This document shows, piece after piece, positions 54,763 to 64,000 of a stretch of DNA of 64,000 bases (the first letter of the stretch is position 1; each line of letters opens with the position of its first letter). Location of the stretch: positions 5,803 through 69,802 of the forward strand of contig NFUN01000164.1 in NCBI GenBank assembly GCA_002197525.1. Direction: 5' to 3'. Both the position numbers and the translations under genes were made by a program. Origin of the DNA: Acidobacteria subdivision 13 bacterium RH2 MAG17b. GTDB lineage: Bacteria; Acidobacteriota; Terriglobia; UBA7540. The notes under the pieces are model-generated. The model ran no database searches, was not told the origin of the DNA, and was given only the letters and a program-made list of their open reading frames with translations.

Positions 54763-56556
54763 ATGACCAAGTCCCGGGTGAATCCAACGTCGAAAGGGGC
54801 CGCTTACATCGCGGACTTCCTGATCCAGCAAAAGGTACCGTACGTGTTCGGATTGTGCGGTCACGGCATCCTCGGGCTCCTCGACGGCCTATTCGACCGG
54901 CAGGACGAGATCAAAACGATCTCCGTGCACCACGAATCGGCGGCCGCCTTCATGGCCGAAGCGTATTTTCGCGTCAAGCAGAAGCCCGTGGCCACGTTCA
55001 CTTCATGTGGACCGGGTTCGGCGAATCTTGTGGTAGCCATCGCAGCGGCATTTGCGGACTCCTCAGCGATGCTCAATATCACCGGCAACGTGCCGACCGG
55101 GCAATGGAACCGTGGCCCGTTCCAGGAGAGCGGAAGGTACTTCCAGGGTGATTTTGTTAACGTATTACGTCCCTACGTCAAGCGCAGCTTTCAACCCACC
55201 CGCCCAGAGATGCTCCCCCTCGCGCTCCGCCAAGCCTTCGCCTTAATGACGAACGGACGGCCGGGACCCGTTCATATTGACGTCCCGCTTAACGTCTTCG
55301 TGGAGCCAGTCGATAAGAGCGCAGCAGAACGCGAGAATCACTGGCCGGAGGCTAATTGGCAGCGGCCAGCCGCTGATCCCGCAGCCATCGCGGAGGCAAT
55401 GCGGCTGCTCCAATATGCTGAACGTCCTGTAATTGTTGCCGGACACGGCGTTGAGCTGAGCGGCGCAGAGCCTGCGCTGCTCGCCTTCGCCGAGGCGATG
55501 CGCATCCCCGTCGCGACCACGCCGTTCGGGAAGGGTGTCTTCGACGCCCGCCACGCTCTCAGCCTTGGTGCGACTGGCCGCAACGGGTCCTACATGGCGA
55601 ATGCGGCTTGCCGTAACGCCGACGTGATCCTGGCGCTCGGAACACGATTCGACGACCGGGCAACCAGCGCGTGGCTTCGCGGTTTTACGTATGCCATTCC
55701 GCCGAGCAAGCTGATTCATGTCGATATCGATGCGAACGAGATCGGCCGGAACTTCCAGCCAGCAATCGGAGTGATTGGCGACGCAAAGCTGGTTCTGCAG
55801 CAGCTCCTTGCGGCGCGCGGCGCGGATGCCGGCAGCGGGCGGGACAGGTGGCTCGATCGAATCGCCGGATGGCGGAAGCGGTGGCAAGCGGCCACAGCAG
55901 CGCCCCGCACTTCAGACGCCATCCCAATCCGGCCGGAGCGCTTCGTGGCCGACCTGCGCAAGGCCGTACCGGCTGACGGCATCGTATTATCAGACGTTGG
56001 CGTCCACCACAACTGGCTGATCGCCGAGTACGATGCCTGGAAGACGCGTACGCTCATCCAAACTTGGGGTTTCGCCTCGATGGGATTCGGCATCGCAGGG
56101 CCGCTCGGTGCCAAACTGGCCGCCCCAGACCGTCCGGTAATCGCGGTGTGTGGCGATGGCGGCTTCGTGATGAATGCGAGCGCCGTGCTCACCGCGGTCG
56201 AATACAATATCCCTGTCGTCTGGCTCGTCTGGAACAATTACGGCTACTGCTCCATTCGTGACCAACAGTTGGGCTATTTCGGCAACAACCGGGAGCTTGC
56301 AACGAGCTTTAACGATGCGTGCGGGAAACTTTTCACCGCTGATTACGCGATGATGGCCCGGTCGATGGGTGCCGTCGGTGAGACCGTAGAGAAACCGGGA
56401 CACCTCGCGCCGCAAATCGGGGCGGCAATCTCGTCCGGCCGGCCAACGGTGCTCGATATCCGGATAGATCGCGAGGCGCGGCCGCTCGCAACCGGGAGTT
56501 GGGATCTTCCGCCGATCCCGCATCCGATGCCAAACTTTGGATGGGGTGAGGACTAA
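54763..56556 (+). CDS. Thiamine pyrophosphate-dependent enzyme (acetolactate synthase-like superfamily)
   Basis: FGLCGHG, HHESAA, SCGPG, RPGPVHIDVP, GFASMGFG, GDGG...NN TPP motif. Confidence 0.92.
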   Translation: MTKSRVNPTSKGAAYIADFLIQQKVPYVFGLCGHGILGLLDGLFDRQDEIKTISVHHESAAAFMAEAYFRVKQKPVATFTSCGPGSANLVVAIAAAFADSSAMLNITGNVPTGQWNRGPFQESGRYFQGDFVNVLRPYVKRSFQPTRPEMLPLALRQAFALMTNGRPGPVHIDVPLNVFVEPVDKSAAERENHWPEANWQRPAADPAAIAEAMRLLQYAERPVIVAGHGVELSGAEPALLAFAEAMRIPVATTPFGKGVFDARHALSLGATGRNGSYMANAACRNADVILALGTRFDDRATSAWLRGFTYAIPPSKLIHVDIDANEIGRNFQPAIGVIGDAKLVLQQLLAARGADAGSGRDRWLDRIAGWRKRWQAATAAPRTSDAIPIRPERFVADLRKAVPADGIVLSDVGVHHNWLIAEYDAWKTRTLIQTWGFASMGFGIAGPLGAKLAAPDRPVIAVCGDGGFVMNASAVLTAVEYNIPVVWLVWNNYGYCSIRDQQLGYFGNNRELATSFNDACGKLFTADYAMMARSMGAVGETVEKPGHLAPQIGAAISSGRPTVLDIRIDREARPLATGSWDLPPIPHPMPNFGWGED

Positions 56557-56960
56557 TGGCAACAACCAGCAAAGCCGAAGCGCGGGTGGTGCGGCTCGAG
56601 GAGCTTCCGTGGATCGAAGCGCCGGGGCACCATGGGGCGCTCTCCAAGCTACTTGTGAATCCGGATAACGCCGGAACCCGCTACTATGATTTCCGCGTCT
56701 CCATTTACGAGCCCAAAGGGCACGTCGAGCCGCACACGCATCCCAACGCAGAGCACGTGTATTACATCCTTAGCGGCAAAGGCCTGATGACGCTCGACGA
56801 ACGGAACATTGTGGTCGAGCCGAACACCGCGATCTTCATACCGCCCGGTGTTGTGCACGCGATCGCCAACACCGGTCTTGAGGATCTGGTGTTCGTCGTG
56901 GTCTCGGTGCCGCCGGAGCTACCCCGCCTCGATTCGGCGGCGAGCAGCGCCTCGCGGTAA
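56556..56960 (+). CDS. Cupin domain protein
   Basis: PHTHPNAEHVYYILSGKG and IPPGVVHAIANTG; TAATG coupling with the TPP enzyme gene. Confidence 0.9.
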   Translation: MATTSKAEARVVRLEELPWIEAPGHHGALSKLLVNPDNAGTRYYDFRVSIYEPKGHVEPHTHPNAEHVYYILSGKGLMTLDERNIVVEPNTAIFIPPGVVHAIANTGLEDLVFVVVSVPPELPRLDSAASSASR

Positions 56961-57027
56961 GCCTTGTGGCAGGAGCCTCCGGCCCCTTGGTCTTTTGGGC
57001 GGTGCCAGCTTCGGCGGTGCCGGAAGC

Positions 57028-57089
57028 GTTGCCCCCTCACCCGTCCCGCTACGCGGGCCACCCTCTCCCCCTTTTCAGGGGGCGAGGGT
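57028..57089. repeat. Partial copy of the CCCCTCACCC palindromic repeat
   Basis: CGTTGCCCCCTCACCCGTCCCGCTACGCG...CCCTCTCCCCCTTTTCAGGGGGCGAGGG. Confidence 0.7.
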
Positions 57090-57298
57090 AAAAGTAAGGA
57101 GATTCCAGTCCTCTCCTAGTGGGAGGTGGGACTGCGAAGCGGTGGGCGAGGGCTTTGACGGCACGGTTGAAAACCCTGCCCTGACAGGACTTTCACAACG
57201 AATTTACGAGACACAACACTAGAAGCCGCTGCCACAACGCAATCCAAAAGCCTACGGATTTCACTGGCTGCGACGATTGAAACGATTGGAGACGCCAC

Positions 57299-58852
57299 AT
57301 GCAGCAACCCTTTCATGACGAACCCTTAGTTGCCGGCGAACACGATCACCGGCCTGACCGGTCTAATCTAACGGGCCTAACAGGCGCTGGTCTCGCCCGA
57401 GGCGCGAGCCGCAGCGGTACGGTGGCGAGCCTCGCCCGGATCCGCGCGCTCATCGGTGGCGAATGGCGCGACGGTGAGGACTTTGAGGTCTTGCGGTACC
57501 CCTACGATGGCCGGGAAGTGGCGCACCTTGTCCAGACGCCGCTGGCTGCGGTCAGCGAAGCGGTCGAGGCGGCCCAAAGGGCATTCCGAAGTTGGCGGAA
57601 TGTTCCCGCGTTCGAGCGGGCGCGGGTTCTTGCTGAAATCGGGCGCGGCATGGCGCGGCGCGAGGCTGAATTCGCCGAGACGATGTGCTGGCAAACGGGG
57701 AAGACGGTCCGCGACGGCCGAGCCGAGGTTGCTCGCTCGGTTTCGACCATGGAGGTGGCAGCGGAGGAAGCCAAACGGATCGAAGGCGCGGTAATTCCGA
57801 TGGATCAGGTCCCAGCCGGGCGTGGGAAGCTGGGCTTCGCTGTCTATGAGCCGGTGGGCGTCGTTGCCGGCATCTCACCGTACAACGCCCCGCTCAACCT
57901 TGTTGCCCACAAGCTTGGCCCGGCGCTCGCGGCCGGGAACACGCTGGTGCTCAAGCCGCATCCGCAAGGATCGGGCGTCGCCGCGCTGCTCGGGGAGATC
58001 GCGCTCGAAGCAGGTGTGCCGCCCGGCGTGTTCAATATCGTGCATGGCGGGCCGGAGGTGGGCCGCGCGCTCGTTGGCCACCCGTCGGTCGCGCTGGTGA
58101 GTTTTACGGGGAGCGGAGCGGTCGCCGGGCAAATTTTGCGCGATGCCGGGCTCAAGCGCACGGTCTTTGAACTTGGAGGAAACGCACCGGTCATCGTGCA
58201 CGCAGACGCACGGTGGGAGACCGCGGTGGAAATGCTGGCGGGCGCGGCGTTTGGAATGTCGGGACAGTCCTGCGTATCGACGCAGCGCATTTACGTTCAC
58301 AGTTCGCTGGTTGAACGGTTCACGGCGGCGATTGTGGCTCGTGTTGAAAAACTGGCCACCGGTGATCCCTTCGATCCCGCAACGGAGGTCGGGCCGATGA
58401 ACTCAGCCGCCGCCGCTGAGCGCGTCAAGGCGTGGATCGATGAAGCCGTTGCCGCTGGCGCGCAGCTCTTGTGCGGCGGGCGCCGTGACGGCGCGCTTGT
58501 CTGGCCTACCGTTTTGACCAACGTCGCGCCAACGATGCGGGTGGTCTGCGATGAGGTCTTCGGTCCTGTCGTTACGTTGATTCCGTACTCCGAAATTGAA
58601 GAAGCGATTGCTGCGGCAAACGCGACTCCCTGGGGGCTGAAGGCGGGTGTGTTTACGGAATCGCTCCCGTTGGCGCTGCGAGTGGCGCGAGAGCTGGAGT
58701 ACGGAACTGTGAACATAAACGCGCCCTCACGATCGCGTGCTGACCACGAACCTTCGGGCGGCACGAAGGCGAGCGGCTGGGGACGCGAAGGACCGTACTA
58801 CGCGATTCGCGAGATGAGCAATCTGAAGATGATCACTGTGAATCAGGCATAG
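57299..58852 (+). CDS. Aldehyde dehydrogenase
   Basis: ISPYNAP, FTGS, ELGGN, GQSC (catalytic Cys), EVFGP, SGWGREG; the start could be GTG at 57422. Confidence 0.93.
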   Translation: MQQPFHDEPLVAGEHDHRPDRSNLTGLTGAGLARGASRSGTVASLARIRALIGGEWRDGEDFEVLRYPYDGREVAHLVQTPLAAVSEAVEAAQRAFRSWRNVPAFERARVLAEIGRGMARREAEFAETMCWQTGKTVRDGRAEVARSVSTMEVAAEEAKRIEGAVIPMDQVPAGRGKLGFAVYEPVGVVAGISPYNAPLNLVAHKLGPALAAGNTLVLKPHPQGSGVAALLGEIALEAGVPPGVFNIVHGGPEVGRALVGHPSVALVSFTGSGAVAGQILRDAGLKRTVFELGGNAPVIVHADARWETAVEMLAGAAFGMSGQSCVSTQRIYVHSSLVERFTAAIVARVEKLATGDPFDPATEVGPMNSAAAAERVKAWIDEAVAAGAQLLCGGRRDGALVWPTVLTNVAPTMRVVCDEVFGPVVTLIPYSEIEEAIAAANATPWGLKAGVFTESLPLALRVARELEYGTVNINAPSRSRADHEPSGGTKASGWGREGPYYAIREMSNLKMITVNQA

Positions 58853-58933
58853 AGCTGGTGCGGCGCTCTCTGAGCGCCGAAGCGATTGAAAGATTAAGAC
58901 CGGCGGCCGCTACAGCCGTGGCTTTTACAGACT
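58852..58933 (-). repeat. Degenerate, inverted third copy of the MITE/REP element
   Basis: GCGGCGCTCTCTGAGCGCCGAAG..ATTGAAA.ATTAAGACCGGCGG..CCGCTACAGCCGT matches the reverse complement of 16103-16225, with a deletion. Confidence 0.7.
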
Positions 58934-58981
58934 TCTCAAGGTGATGGATTCGATGGCAACACGCTATGGCGGACGTGGCCG

Positions 58982-60721
58982 ATGCAGCCGGCTGACCCCG
59001 CTTCCACGGCATTGACAGGCGAACGCTGGGACGAAGAATACGACCTCGTTGTGCTTGGGGCAGGCGCGGGCGGCATGACCGCAGCGCTGGTTGGGGCGCT
59101 CGAAGGGCTGAAGACCCTGCTCGTCGAGAAGACGGATCAGGTGGGCGGCACGACGGCCTTTTCCTCAGGCACCGTCTGGATTCCAGGAAACCCGCAGCAA
59201 GCAAGCATCGGAATTTCCGGAGACGCGGAGGCTGCGCGCCATTATCTTGACACCCTCGTCGATGGCCGCGCGGAACGGGCGCTTCGCGAAAGATTCCTAG
59301 CCGCCGGGCCGGAGATGCTGCGCTATCTCGAAGAGCGCAGCGATGTTCGTTTCAAAATCTACCCTCACCATCCTGATTACCGGCAGGAGCTTCCGGGCGC
59401 AGCGGAAGGCGGCCGTCCGCTTGAGCCGATGCCATTCGATGGCCGTTCGCTGGGCAAACAGTTCGACCGTGTCCGCGCGCCGTTGCCGGAGCTGATGGTA
59501 TTCAGCGGGATGATGGTGACCCGTGCCGAAGTTGCACGCCTGTTGCGGATCCCTTGGTCGTGGGATGGCATCGCGCTGGGCGCGAGACTCTCGGCGCGCT
59601 ATGCCCTTGACCGGCTCCGTTACAAGCGAGGCACCAGGCTAGTCCTGGGCAACGCGCTGGCGGCCCGCCTCTTCAAGAACCTCCTCGATCGCAACGCGCC
59701 AATCTGGTTCAACGCCTGTACAAAGACGCTGATCGCCGCCGATGGCCGCGTCCTCGGCCTTGTTATCGACCGAGGTGGCACGGAACTGCGCGTTCGCGCC
59801 CGACGTGGCATCGTCCTCGCCGGCGGCGGTTTTCCCGCAAGCGCTGCGCTGCGTGAGCGCTTTTTGCCGAAGCCGGTCGCGCAGTATACCGCTGCGTTCG
59901 AGGGGTGCACGGGCGACACGCTCCTGCTGGCGCAGCAGGCCGGGGCTGCGCTGGGCGAGCCGGGAGAAGACAACGCGCTGTGGTTCCCAAGTTCAATCGC
60001 CAAGCGTAAGGACGGCTCGACAGCGGTATACCCTCATATCGTCTTGGACCGTGCGAAACCAGGTTTGATCGCGGTGAACGCCGCCGGAAAGCGCTTCGTC
60101 AATGAAGCCGTCTCCTACCACGAGTTCACACGGGCCATGTACCGGTCGAACAAGGCCGTTCCAACCATCCCGGCGATACTGATCTGTGACCGGCGCTTCA
60201 TTTGGAAGTACGGTCTCGGGATGGTCCGGCCACACACGCTCGTGCTGAAACCGTTCATCACAAGCGGCTACCTGCGTGCGGCAAACTCGCTGGAGGACAT
60301 TGCTGCGAGCATCGGCGTCAACGCCGAGGGGTTACGCGAAACGGCCGCCAGGCACAACGCGTTTGCGCAAACCGGCATCGACGCAGACTTCGGAAAAGGC
60401 GGCAACGCATATGATCGTGCGAACGGCGATCCGAAGCGCCTGCCGAACCCATGCCTCGGCCCGATTGAAACGCCACCGTACTATGCGGTAGCAGTTGTTC
60501 CTACGCCGCTTGGAACGAGTCTCGGGTTGCGCACGGACGAGCACGCGCGAGCCCTCGCACAATCCGGCTATGCCATTGAGGGGTTATACGCCTGTGGAAA
60601 CGATATGCATTCTGTCATGGGCGGAGAGTATCCAGGAGCCGGAGCGCAGTTGGGCGCCGCAATGACGTTTGGATATCTTGCCGCCTTGCACGCCGCTCGT
60701 TCCTGGCAAGCAGCCGGCTAG
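58982..60721 (+). CDS. FAD-dependent oxidoreductase (3-ketosteroid delta1-dehydrogenase / FAD_binding_2-like)
   Basis: GAGAGG, GGTTAFSSG, PDY, GNAL, LAGGGF, RFVNE, GLYACGND, YPGAG. Confidence 0.88.
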   Translation: MQPADPASTALTGERWDEEYDLVVLGAGAGGMTAALVGALEGLKTLLVEKTDQVGGTTAFSSGTVWIPGNPQQASIGISGDAEAARHYLDTLVDGRAERALRERFLAAGPEMLRYLEERSDVRFKIYPHHPDYRQELPGAAEGGRPLEPMPFDGRSLGKQFDRVRAPLPELMVFSGMMVTRAEVARLLRIPWSWDGIALGARLSARYALDRLRYKRGTRLVLGNALAARLFKNLLDRNAPIWFNACTKTLIAADGRVLGLVIDRGGTELRVRARRGIVLAGGGFPASAALRERFLPKPVAQYTAAFEGCTGDTLLLAQQAGAALGEPGEDNALWFPSSIAKRKDGSTAVYPHIVLDRAKPGLIAVNAAGKRFVNEAVSYHEFTRAMYRSNKAVPTIPAILICDRRFIWKYGLGMVRPHTLVLKPFITSGYLRAANSLEDIAASIGVNAEGLRETAARHNAFAQTGIDADFGKGGNAYDRANGDPKRLPNPCLGPIETPPYYAVAVVPTPLGTSLGLRTDEHARALAQSGYAIEGLYACGNDMHSVMGGEYPGAGAQLGAAMTFGYLAALHAARSWQAAG

Positions 60722-60802
60722 CATAACTGCCTTGCCTTCCCGTGCCATCTCTCTAAACTGTTTAAGGAATTGGTCAGCCCGTAGGGCAGTTGCCCGGACT
60801 CT

Positions 60803-62140
60803 CTATCTGAGGGCTGCAAGAACGGTGGCTCCGAGGGCCATGACTACGGCTGCATAGGCGAACGCGAAGGTGGGCGAGACCCACGTCCAGAGGCCACCCA
60901 CCACGACGCTCGCCACGAGGTCTCCGAAGCCATTGACCAAACCCATTACCCCATAGGCAGTGCCGCGTAACTTGTCCGTGACACAGTCTGCCGTGATTGC
61001 GCCTTCGAGAGAATCGACGGCGGCGGCGGAAAACCCCGCGAGAGCGAACAGCAAGAGCAGATACCCGGGCGAAGCGAGCCGCCAAGCGAAGGCGGCGGCA
61101 AAGCCTAACGCAGCGAACGCCCCAGAGGTGTAGCCTACCACGAGCAACCCGCGCCGCCCAAGACGGTCAGGAAGCGCACCGACTGGATACGAGCACCCAG
61201 CGTAAAACACGTTGTGAACCACGTAAAGCAAGCCGCCGAGTTCGGCAGCGCGCGCCGTGCCGTGGACAGGGCTGAGCAATTGCGCAGCCGCTAAGATGAT
61301 CAGCGCTCGTGCGAAATCCCCGGCGCCGAAAAACCCGACGCCCCAAAGCAATCTCCCAAAGGAGCGGGGCAAAGACCGGATCGACGTCCACAGCTTCGCC
61401 GCTGAAGGCTGCCCGCGAGTTTCGCGCACCATGGCGGCGAACACAAGCCCCGCGGCGAGGCCGGGAATTAGAGTCAGAAGGAAGATCAGGCGAAATGGGT
61501 GAGTGGCTGCAAGGCCGTGGGAATGAAACCCTGCGAGCATGGCGACCGCGAGCAGAGGGCCGATGACTGCGCCTACGGTATCGCCGGCGCGGTGAAATCC
61601 AAACGCCTTGCCGCGCGCTTCGGGAGGCACTGAAGCTGAAAGCATCACGTTGCGCAGCGGGCTGCGCACTCCACGCCCGAACCACCCAAGGACGCGGCCC
61701 ACCAGAATTAAATCCCAGCCGTGCGCCCAGGCAAATACTGCTTGTGAGGAGCCGGTGAGAAGGTATCCGGCCACAACCAGCGGCTTGCGGCGGATGACGC
61801 GATCAGAATACCAGCCAGCGCCCAGCTTTGTGACGCTTGAGACGCAGTCCGAGAGGCCCTCGATCAGGCCGAGAGCGGCTGCGGAAACGCCAAGCGCTGC
61901 TAGAAATCCCGGCAGCGCCGCGGTGGCCATTTCATGTCCAGCATCGGAGAGCAAGCTGGTGAGGCTCATGCCGATCACGTTGCGATTCAGCCATGAAGCC
62001 TGGCCCTCTGGCGCGCGGGAATCGTCGGGTTTTAGCTCCGTTTTGAGAGGGCGTGAGAACAGAGAAACGATCTGTGATGCATCCTTTCCGCCGGGTCCAA
62101 GCGCCCACGTGCGATATTTTTTGGATGAGAGCCTAAGCAA
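60803..62140 (-). CDS. MFS transporter
   Basis: SLLSDAGHEM, GLIEG, GRGVRSP, GKAFGFHRAGDTVGA, DRLGRR; many TM segments; the true start is probably downstream of 62140. Confidence 0.85.
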   Translation of the reverse strand: MLRLSSKKYRTWALGPGGKDASQIVSLFSRPLKTELKPDDSRAPEGQASWLNRNVIGMSLTSLLSDAGHEMATAALPGFLAALGVSAAALGLIEGLSDCVSSVTKLGAGWYSDRVIRRKPLVVAGYLLTGSSQAVFAWAHGWDLILVGRVLGWFGRGVRSPLRNVMLSASVPPEARGKAFGFHRAGDTVGAVIGPLLAVAMLAGFHSHGLAATHPFRLIFLLTLIPGLAAGLVFAAMVRETRGQPSAAKLWTSIRSLPRSFGRLLWGVGFFGAGDFARALIILAAAQLLSPVHGTARAAELGGLLYVVHNVFYAGCSYPVGALPDRLGRRGLLVVGYTSGAFAALGFAAAFAWRLASPGYLLLLFALAGFSAAAVDSLEGAITADCVTDKLRGTAYGVMGLVNGFGDLVASVVVGGLWTWVSPTFAFAYAAVVMALGATVLAALR

Positions 62141-62170
62141 ATTTCCTAGCGAGGCTCTTTGCCTGAGAGC

Positions 62171-62289
62171 GTCATCCCCTCACCCGTCCCGCTGCGCGCG
62201 ACACCTTCTCCCTCTGAAAAGGGGGAGAGGGCTGGGGGTGAGGGGCAACGAAAACCTGACTCGTTTACCACAAGGTTGCCGGATCAAGG
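62171..62289 (-). repeat. ~120-bp palindromic repeat, inverted copy of 24930-25048
   Basis: Reverse complement CCTTGATCCGGC...TGTGGTAAAC...GTTTTCGTTGCCCCTCACCCCCAGCCCTCTCCCC...GGGACGGGTGAGGGGATGAC. Confidence 0.8.
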
Positions 62290-62292
62290 CGC

Positions 62293-63999
62293 CTATTGCG
62301 AAGCCAGCGGTTTTGAAATCTCATCGAGAAGGTCGGGCTTGCCCGGCTCACGGACGAGGTGCGGATAGCGCGAGCCGCCGTGGTAATCGAGCGAATAAGT
62401 TTTGTAATAATCATCGTTCAAGACCAACAACTGCAACGGCTGTGAAGAGTTTACGCCTTCTTGGAGCGCCTCCTGAAGCGCGTTGCGGAGCGTTCCGGGA
62501 GTGACGGCGCGGCCGTTGACGGCTACCAGGCGCATTCCTGCGGCGATGCCGGATCGATAGGCTGGCATGCCTACAATAGAATCTACAATAGCGCCGTTGT
62601 TCTTCATCAACAAACCGATTGAATAAGCGGCGTTCACGATGTGGCGCACGTTTTCCTGGGCGCGCAACAGTTGCGGCTCGCTATTGTTGTAGACCAACTT
62701 CCAGCCGCTGGCCTCGATGCCGCCCAAGGGAGCCTCGGGCGAGGTCGAATTGAGACGGGCATGAAAGAAATTTGCCCAATTGTAAGGCGCCACCTGATTG
62801 AGCGCCGCAACCAGATCATCAAAGGTATATGTCTTCAGTTGGGGTCCCTGGTTAGGACCGCCGTAGAACGATTGGAGGAAGCTCCTGAGGGATTTCTTGC
62901 CGTGAGTCAGGCGGCGGATGGTGGCATTCACTTCCAGCCAAACCAGATCACCTTCCGGATAATAGTCGGTGCTGCGCCTCCAGTTGACCCACTCGTCCGG
63001 AGCAAAATAGAGAACCTGGGCGGCGGCGGCGGTGTCTTGCAAAGGACGCCAGGTGCGTCCTGGGCGTCCCGGCCCGAGCATGGCCGCGATCAGCGCCAGG
63101 TATTCCCGGTATTGCCGCGGCGTCCACAGCCCGCAGCGGGCGGCCAGCAGGTCGCCGAGGTAGTCTGTGAGGCCTTCATAAACCCAGAGTAAATCTCCTT
63201 TCATCGGCTGGTCATAATAAGGCGGGCTTAAATCCGCCGGGCGCCGGAACTTTCCGTTCCAGGAATGGACAAACTCGTGCGGCAGCAGATATGCGGTCGT
63301 CTCGAGGGCCTCGGGATTAATAATGGTGCGTTCGGGCACACGGCTGTCGTCGGATTCGTGATGCTCCAGACCGAAATGCGCCACATGGTTGCTGAGGGAC
63401 AGCAAGAAGTGGTAATCCCGGTAATGGCGCGCGCCGAAAAGCTTGCCGGTTTCAGCTACCAGGTTTGTGTAATCCTTTTGTGTTTGCGGGGTCATGGCCA
63501 GCGCCGCATCGCTATCTGCGGCCAAGTCGATTTCGTGATGGATGGGTTCGCCCGGCGGCGTCACGTTGAAAACGCGCAAGTATTCGGCCGCCAGCACGGG
63601 AGAATCGACAAGGCGGTTCAAGGCGGCCGGCTTGAAATGGATCACGTCCCCGGCCTGATGCTCAACCGGCAGCGCCGTTCCGAATTTCCAGCCCTGCGGC
63701 AAACGCAGCGTAGGATCGTAGATGATCTGCTGAGCTGTGGCCCCAGCGGGGTAAAGCAGGTTTTGGTTCCAACTGATCACCACGAGCTTATCGGTGGCCG
63801 ACGCTCCGGCGCTGAAGCCGGAGATCACCTCCGGTTCAATGTAGTCGAGCGCCACGTTGAGCTCGGTGACTCCGGCAGGAACCGTGAGGTGGAACGCAAA
63901 CATATCAACCAAATCACGCCGCCACGGAACCCGCTGGCCGTTGGCCGTGATCTTGAGGCCGGTAAGGTTGGCGATTGGCCCGTCAGGGGCGTGTTCCCC
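62293..63999 (-). CDS. M61 family metallopeptidase with C-terminal PDZ (5' end beyond window)
   Basis: GLEH, HEFVHSWNGK, WVYEGLT, YYPEG, PDZ-like GMPAYRSG...VAVNG; frame stays open to the window edge. Confidence 0.92.
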   Translation of the reverse strand, partial: GEHAPDGPIANLTGLKITANGQRVPWRRDLVDMFAFHLTVPAGVTELNVALDYIEPEVISGFSAGASATDKLVVISWNQNLLYPAGATAQQIIYDPTLRLPQGWKFGTALPVEHQAGDVIHFKPAALNRLVDSPVLAAEYLRVFNVTPPGEPIHHEIDLAADSDAALAMTPQTQKDYTNLVAETGKLFGARHYRDYHFLLSLSNHVAHFGLEHHESDDSRVPERTIINPEALETTAYLLPHEFVHSWNGKFRRPADLSPPYYDQPMKGDLLWVYEGLTDYLGDLLAARCGLWTPRQYREYLALIAAMLGPGRPGRTWRPLQDTAAAAQVLYFAPDEWVNWRRSTDYYPEGDLVWLEVNATIRRLTHGKKSLRSFLQSFYGGPNQGPQLKTYTFDDLVAALNQVAPYNWANFFHARLNSTSPEAPLGGIEASGWKLVYNNSEPQLLRAQENVRHIVNAAYSIGLLMKNNGAIVDSIVGMPAYRSGIAAGMRLVAVNGRAVTPGTLRNALQEALQEGVNSSQPLQLLVLNDDYYKTYSLDYHGGSRYPHLVREPGKPDLLDEISKPLASQ

Positions 64000-64000
64000 C

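Noticed and set aside
60771-60787. Reverse complement CCCTACGGGCTGACCA as a tRNA 3' end / attR
   Set aside because: Does not match the tRNA-Arg 3' end, has no T-loop, and no integrase is present.

Overview
GC-rich (about 60%) bacterial chromosomal window, most likely Acidobacteriota (Terriglobia-like). This taxonomy is inferred from the Oar-type TonB-dependent receptor, the repeat families and the gene content. Bases 1-40.2 kb are mostly core genes: DPP-III-like peptidase, DEAD-box helicase, bioA, archease, LemA, DCC1-LMF1 fusion, M50 protease, lysS, tsaD, galU, larC-metG-tatD, nfo, leuS, guaA, an ECF sigma/anti-sigma module and smc. After tRNA-Arg(UCG) at 40103 comes a compositionally mosaic ~20 kb catabolic/uptake region with a TonB-dependent receptor, four secreted NTF2-like/DUF4440 domains, secreted hydrolases, aroQ, a TPP enzyme, cupin, ALDH and a KstD-like flavoprotein. 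The signals not captured by the ORF track are: (1) a four-helix-bundle (Avd-like) gene flanked by inverted 8-mer arrays that abut or supply host stop/start codons, with an empty copy of the same structure one gene upstream; (2) a 12-aa Lys-rich micro-ORF with its own SD, promoter and terminator, preceded by tandem NrdR-like boxes, with a similar box upstream of smc; (3) local low-GC3 patches inside metG and lysS, plus a REP doublet fixed in-frame in metG; (4) a 123-bp MITE with 2-bp TSDs, and several gene relics. No cas genes, rRNA, integrase or transposase were seen. All calls are from motif recognition by eye; no database searches were run.
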